NCBI GenBank assembly: GCA_951406725.2
Contig: OX597814.1
Location: 72,416,001-72,480,000, forward strand
Origin: Octopus vulgaris
Taxonomy: Eukaryota
DNA length: 64,000 nucleotides
Direction: 5' to 3'
Part shown: positions 58,301 to 64,000 of the stretch, one piece after another
Layout of the letters: the number at the start of each line of letters is the position of its first letter
How positions within the stretch are numbered: the first letter of the stretch is position 1
The notes under the pieces: generated by a model
What the model was told of the DNA's origin: nothing
Database searches by the model: none
The model's input: only the letters and a program-made list of their open reading frames with translations
Program-made: the position numbers and the translations under genes

Positions 58301-60836
58301 CATACACACATATATGTATGTATGTATATATGTATATGTGTGTATGCTTGTGTCCCCTTGTTTTGACACAGTGGGATTCTTGTAAACATCCTGTGAAAAT
58401 ATGGTACGGTATGAAATATAGAAGTAAATATTTTATTGTTAATTTTCACTTAGAAAAGAACATATATTCTGTAAGAATTTTATACCACAAGAAAATAATT
58501 CCTCATTAATTCAATATGGTCATTGCTGAATTTGGCCATAATATGGCGAAAAAGTGCAAAGTCAATAAAGAGGGTGGTATATTAATGCTACTTGCCAAAC
58601 TGACGTTTTTACATGCTGCAAGAGATCAAACAGAACACAAATCCAAGGCTTCAGTTATTGAGTTTAAGCCAGAATTTCAAAAAATGGTTGAACTAATTAA
58701 CATATTTCTACAACAAAAATGCATTTAATTGAGCTACAAGTCTTCTCGAGTCCGAACTTAGCATGAAATAGTTATATGAAGAATGTTGTTTATTCCCCCT
58801 TGCTGTTTTAATGTGTCCAAATTTTACCTGGTTGATACTTTTATACATGTAAATTTAATTTTTTTGAGAAATATTGGTCAAATTACACCAAGAAAAATCA
58901 TATTGTGCAATGAATATAATTTTGGACACCATTAAAGTCAGATGTTATGTTTCTTTTTTCTGATTTTGAATACAGTCAGGATAATTTGTGGTAGTGTTTA
59001 CATATTTGTTTTGGATGTTTTTGTCTCTCTCCTACTAACAGGTTTGCTGTGAGTTACAGGTGTTTTCGATGTCTTTAATTTATGTTTCTAATACTCAAAG
59101 CAAGGAATTAGTTTTCAATTAAGCCTGTTAAATTTCTTTTTAGCTCTTTTAATATTAATCTGCCTAACATCACCCCTGGTTCTTTTATTGCAACTTCCTG
59201 TGATCTAAATTTAAACCTTCCATCAAAATTTCCTATTAATTTATGTTAAAGATAAAGTTATTTTGTAAAGTTCCTTATTATTTTCAAAATCCATTGAAAT
59301 AGAGGCAGTGTATTTCAGTAGAAATATGGTTACACAAGGGTTAAGTTAGAGTTAAGTGGATCCTCTTCTGTTTTCACATAATGATAAATATTTGAACTAG
59401 ATCTCTGGTTCCCAGCCTATCAGTGTAGAAGAGGTTGGTGTTAGGAAAGTCATCCAACCATAAAAACCATGCCAAAACTGACAATGGAGCTTGGTGCAAT
59501 CCTGTGGCTTGTCAGCTCCTGTCAAGACATCTAATCTATGCTAGCATGGAAGATAGACAATGATATTATTTGTTTTTAAATCAAGGTCTACATGCAATTC
59601 TGAGAAAGATATCAGGTGGTCATGGAATGTTCTTTAAACAACATAAAAATTTCCTTTAAATTATACACTTTTTCATTTGAAAATATACTCAATTTTCTCT
59701 CCTTTTTAATCAAAAGGACTTCTCCCATCATTTTTAAGTGGGAAGTGCAAAAAGAAAAATTGACCAAAATCGTCTGAAAGTGGTGGGGATCATAAATTTT
59801 CAAAAATTTGTTTCCATAAAAATCTTATCTCCATTATTTCAAAGGCTGTTAACGCCCCCCCCCCCGCCAAACCCCCATCAAACAGAGAAAATCCAACGTA
59901 TGTAGGAGTCCTGATCTGGAACTCTGCTATTTACAGCCATTTGTAATGGTCTGATAAAGTTTTATTGAAATGGTGTCATGTTCCAAAATCTCAGGATTTA
60001 TTTAGTTCTATTTCTGACTACAAATATGCCCAAACTCAAGTCCCTGTGGCTTGTACTTTGGGATTTAACTGTGAAATTGACTGTTTGTGACATGCAACAA
60101 AATAGGTTTTACATAAATATTTAAACCCCCCCCCCATTTTCTTTCCAAGAACCTGAAAAAGAATACACAACTACTGTCCCATAGTCACTATTAATTTGTG
60201 TAATTTGAAGATGATTATAACCTCAGTTTCAAAGATATGACACCACAAATATGGCTAATTATTCATTTAAACCAATCAGGCAAGATTTTGACCAATTTGC
60301 TGACCATTCAAAATATTTACCCAAATTTCACAAATGAGGTATCAAAATATTTCTTTTTAGATGCTCTTCAAGAAAATTTACATTTAAATATTAAAAAAAA
60401 TTAATAATGATACCTACTTTAATTGGATTTGCTAGTGGAATCTGCAAGATGCTTGTTGTATATATATATATGTTGTATATACTTTTTTTGTGTGTATATG
60501 TTTATGTGTGCTTGTCTTGGTGCTGCATAATTGTTATGAACAAGCAACACCTTCATACATGCAATTTTTTTGTTTCCAATCTTTCATCAAAACATGTAAC
60601 CAGGGTGAAATATTTTCTTACTTGAAAAAAAGAGAGGGTTGCTGTAGAAAATTTGCCTCAATGAATTCCATTTGACCCTTGTAGGTCTGAAATAGTGGAC
60701 ATTAAAATGAAGACTACTATGATGCTGTAGCTGTCTGTCTATCCATTTGTTCACATTTATTTCACTGTCCATCAGTTTCTCCCTTTCTCTCCAGTAACTG
60801 TTGCTCATTAACAATTGTATCTGAAACTATTTTCAG

Positions 60837-60872
60837 ACACTTGGGAATATTACACTGCTTGATATCAATCAG
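60837..60872 (+). CDS. MEGF8: MEGF8-like micro-exon (36 nt)
   Basis: ttttcag|ACACTT...AATCAG|gtgagt, phase 0/0, TLGNITLLDINQ. Confidence 0.6.
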
Positions 60873-61048
60873 GTGAGTGTTGGGTATACGAAATGCATAT
60901 GTCCATAGATAATCTTCCTCAGTGGATTCCATTTAATCCATGCAAGCATGGAACATTGGACCTTACAATGCTGCTGCTGTTAATAGATAATAAATATGAT
61001 ATATTTTTAAAATATATATGTTTTATATTTTTATATTCTACTTCTCAG

Positions 61049-61314
61049 TGTGTTTGCCCCAATGGATCATGTTGTTATGAAGAAAAATTATCAGTGAAAT
61101 ACATGTTTAATCCTGCAAGCCGTGATGAAGAAATTTATCCACCTCATCTTGCTCGAATGGGTCACAGTCTGATCAGTTGTGGAGATGATGTTCTTTATCT
61201 TTATGGAGGGCGTTCTCTTAAATATGGTCTTATCAATGAAATGTGGATGTTCAATCGCACCAGCCAAGAATGGTCTAAAGTCATTGCTAGCACTGATGAA
61301 GAACCAGCAGGAAG
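61049..61314 (+). CDS. MEGF8: MEGF8-like exon: EGF end plus kelch repeat
   Basis: ctcag|TGTGTT...GGAAG|gttagt, translating to CVCPNG..ARMGHSLISCGDDVLYLYGGRSLKYGLINEMWMFNRTSQEW. Confidence 0.85.
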
Positions 61315-61588
61315 GTTAGTTTGCTTCTTTTGACTCATTTTATAAGAAGATAATAATGATGATGAGGATGACGCCTTCCCTCCTCCTGTCGATTTTGACA
61401 TGTGAGTGGTTAAAGGAAAAGATTTTAAAAATGTGCGTCTATTTGTGACTGATGCATGAATGTAAGGTGAGTCCAAGTATGGATTTTACTATGAAGTCAC
61501 AGTGGGGACAATGATGATTTTGCCTGGGAGACAAATGTGTCAGTTGATTACAGGATAAAGTTCTTAATAATAATTATATTAATAATAA

Positions 61589-62050
61589 TCCTTTCTACTA
61601 TAGACACAAGGCCTGGAATTTGTGGAGAGGGAGATAGTCAATTACATCAACCCCAGTACTTGACTGGTTCTTACTTTATTGACCCCAAGAGAATGAAAGG
61701 CAAAAGCGACCTTAGTGGAATTTGAACTCAGAACATAGCAGCAGATGAAATACTGCTAAGCATTTTGCACAGTGTGCTAATGATTCTACTAGCTTGCCAC
61801 CTTAATAATAATAATAATAATAATAATAACAATGATAATAATGGTTTCAAATTTTGCCACAAGGGCAGCAATTTTGTGGGAAGGATGATTCGATTACACT
61901 AGTACTCAAGTGGTACTACTTTTATTGAACCCGAAAGGATGAAAGACAAAGTCAACCTAACTGAAATTTGAACTCAGAATGTAAAGACAGACGAAATGCT
62001 GCTAAGCATTTTTGCCCGGCGTGCTAATGATTCTGCCAGCTCACTGCCCT
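61589..62050 (-). mobile_element. Two tandem tRNA-derived SINE copies separated by (AAT)n
   Basis: Minus-strand B-box GAGTTCAAAT and a ctttcat.ct...gg.tcaataaa.taagt-like core in both copies. Confidence 0.75.
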
Positions 62051-63000
62051 AATAATGATGATGGTGGTGGTGGTGACAGCGGTGGTGGTGGTGGTGGTGG
62101 TGGTGGTGGTGGTGATGATGATGATGATATATTTTAATATTTCGTGGATAATATATAGTTTATAACTTGTCAATTCTTAGTTTTGTTTATTATCCATTGT
62201 ATTACCTACATATTAATTTTATTGTATTGATCATGGAATGATGAAAGGTGTTTTCACTTTTGAAACATTTTGCTTTGCAATTTACCACACTACCACCACC
62301 TCTGCATCAAGAACAACTAGAACCACCACCATCATCATCTATTGATATTGGAAGAGTACAATTTATTTCTGCTAACATTTCTACAACAGCCTAGAACTCT
62401 TCTACATCATGTTAAGATCACTATTCCATCTCCCCACCTTTAGTCCAGACATGAATATAATACTATTAAAAATATCATTCATCTGAAATACGCTGGAATG
62501 CACACCAACTGTATTAATTTCAGAAGAATTCCAACTGTTACACTCTGAGTGTGGCCACCTTACTTACCTCATCAGTTTTTTTCTAACATGGAAAAGCAAT
62601 ACCACAGCAATCTGAGCCCAAGTATGCTTCTTGCCTACTGGACTCTCAATGAAGATATGTCTGAGACAAAGTACAGCAGAAAATTCAAATCAGACTACTT
62701 TTTAAACTACAATTATGTCTTTTCAAATTGTATTTTAATAAATGTGTAATTATATGTGTTTTAAAAAAAAAATTAATTGCATGCCATACAAAATTGATAT
62801 GAGTAAGAACTGTTACAAACTGTTTTTCAGATTCAGTTAAAAAATTACTATATGAATCAGAATATTTTCCTTCTTGGGAGACTGTTTTTTAATTGTGTAA
62901 TTAAATATTTAAGCAGTGTTCTTCAAAATATTTTTTCTTAAAATAACTAATGTAAAAAGAATACTTTTAACTTATGTTTTTTTTTGTCATTGTGTTGTAG

Positions 63001-63151
63001 GTATTACCATGCTGCTGTTTGTGTGCCCATCATTAAGACAATTTTTATTTATGGCGGTATTGTTGAAACTGGTAGAAAAATTCAGAAATATAAAGTGACC
63101 AATGAATTTTGGAAGTTTGCAGTAGAATCCAGGAAGTGGAAGAAAGAACGG
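63001..63151 (+). CDS. MEGF8: MEGF8-like kelch exon
   Basis: ttgtag|G TAT..CGG|gtagaa, translating to RYYHAAVCVPIIKTIFIYGG..VTNEFWKF..RKW. Phase matches the previous exon. Confidence 0.85.
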
Positions 63152-63669
63152 GTAGAATATCTATTATATTCATTAAAATGTTGTATTAAAGCATAAATGA
63201 TTAAATTTAGTTTATAATTGAATTAGTCATTTACTAATTTTGTATAATTTTCTCATAATTGCTATTTTCTGTAATGATTAGAGCAATTATTTTAATCCTT
63301 TCTGTACAAAAATATATGAAAGTTTCCTTAGTCATTTCTTATCAAAGTATGTGGAATCACTTGTGTTTGCTGAATTATATGTAAATCTAAACATTGCCTT
63401 AAATTGTGTTACTGCTACATAAACGACACATGATTTCACAATTTAAACATGTGTATGTAGCCCAACATTTATTCAGCATGGATTTTGTTTTTGAGAAAAT
63501 GAGAAAAAACTGAATTTAAATTTGTGGCCTATGCTTAAACTAAACGAATTTAATGTTTGTGCTAAATTTTCTGGAAAACGAAAAATTTCCTGATAATGTT
63601 ATTTCTTGCACATGTGTACAAACATGCACACAAATGTACTGTCACTCACTTTTTGTTTTCTTTTAACAG

Positions 63670-63853
63670 AGTGATTCTTGGTTGCCTGCTGTTGCTGGCC
63701 ACACACTAACATATGTGCTTGATACAAAATTGGTGGTCATTGGTGGATTTTCAACAGAGAATTATTTTCTTGATAAAGTCCTTATTTACAATTCTGCACA
63801 AGCTCAGTGGGATATATACCATCGCAAGAATCTAAGTGGTGTTATTCCTCTTG
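63670..63853 (+). CDS. MEGF8: MEGF8-like kelch exon; gene continues right of the window
   Basis: taacag|...|gtaagt, translating to LPAVAGHTLTYVLDTKLVVIGGFSTENYF. Resembles the LPAVAGHTLT..L.LVGGYS.EN segment of the second kelch block of MEGF8. Confidence 0.88.
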
Positions 63854-64000
63854 GTAAGTAGAAGTCACTTCATTATTATTATGTGTATGCAACAAATTGA
63901 AAGATGTAAGATCTTGTTATTTTCAATTTGTTACATCCAAATGAAAACAATTCCATTGATCTTTATACTTTAATTATTCTTCTGTAAAGAATCCAGTTCC

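Noticed and set aside
62580-62860. Possible DNA transposase C-terminal remnant (MEKQYHSNLSPSMLLAYWTL)
   Set aside because: Too short and decayed to assign by eye.

Overview
AT-rich, repeat-dense animal genomic DNA. The SINE types and very long (TA)n arrays suggest an octopus or other coleoid cephalopod, which is an inference. Two spliced host genes point away from each other at the window edges: four internal exons of a GPR107/GPR108-like gene on the minus strand (6905 to 536) and five exons of a MEGF8-like EGF/kelch gene on the plus strand (53840-63853). The 5' exons of neither gene could be found. The ~45 kb between them is a stack of transposons mostly embedded in (TA)n microsatellites: a near-intact autonomous Helitron with nine 23-aa STPR-like N-terminal repeats, several non-autonomous Helitrons, CR1-group LINEs, four copies of an RTE LINE with a PHD finger inserted inside its reverse transcriptase, a Penelope GIY-YIG fragment, mariner and hAT remnants, TTAA MITEs and SINEs. 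The signal not explained by the ORF track is a cluster of unrelated small non-coding elements that each carry a type I hammerhead ribozyme fold with a short palindromic helix III. Several have greatly extended helix II, several occur as inverted pairs, and paired copies show complementary CpG decay. All motif and homology calls were made by eye, without database searches or folding software. The long IYIY ORFs are microsatellite artefacts.
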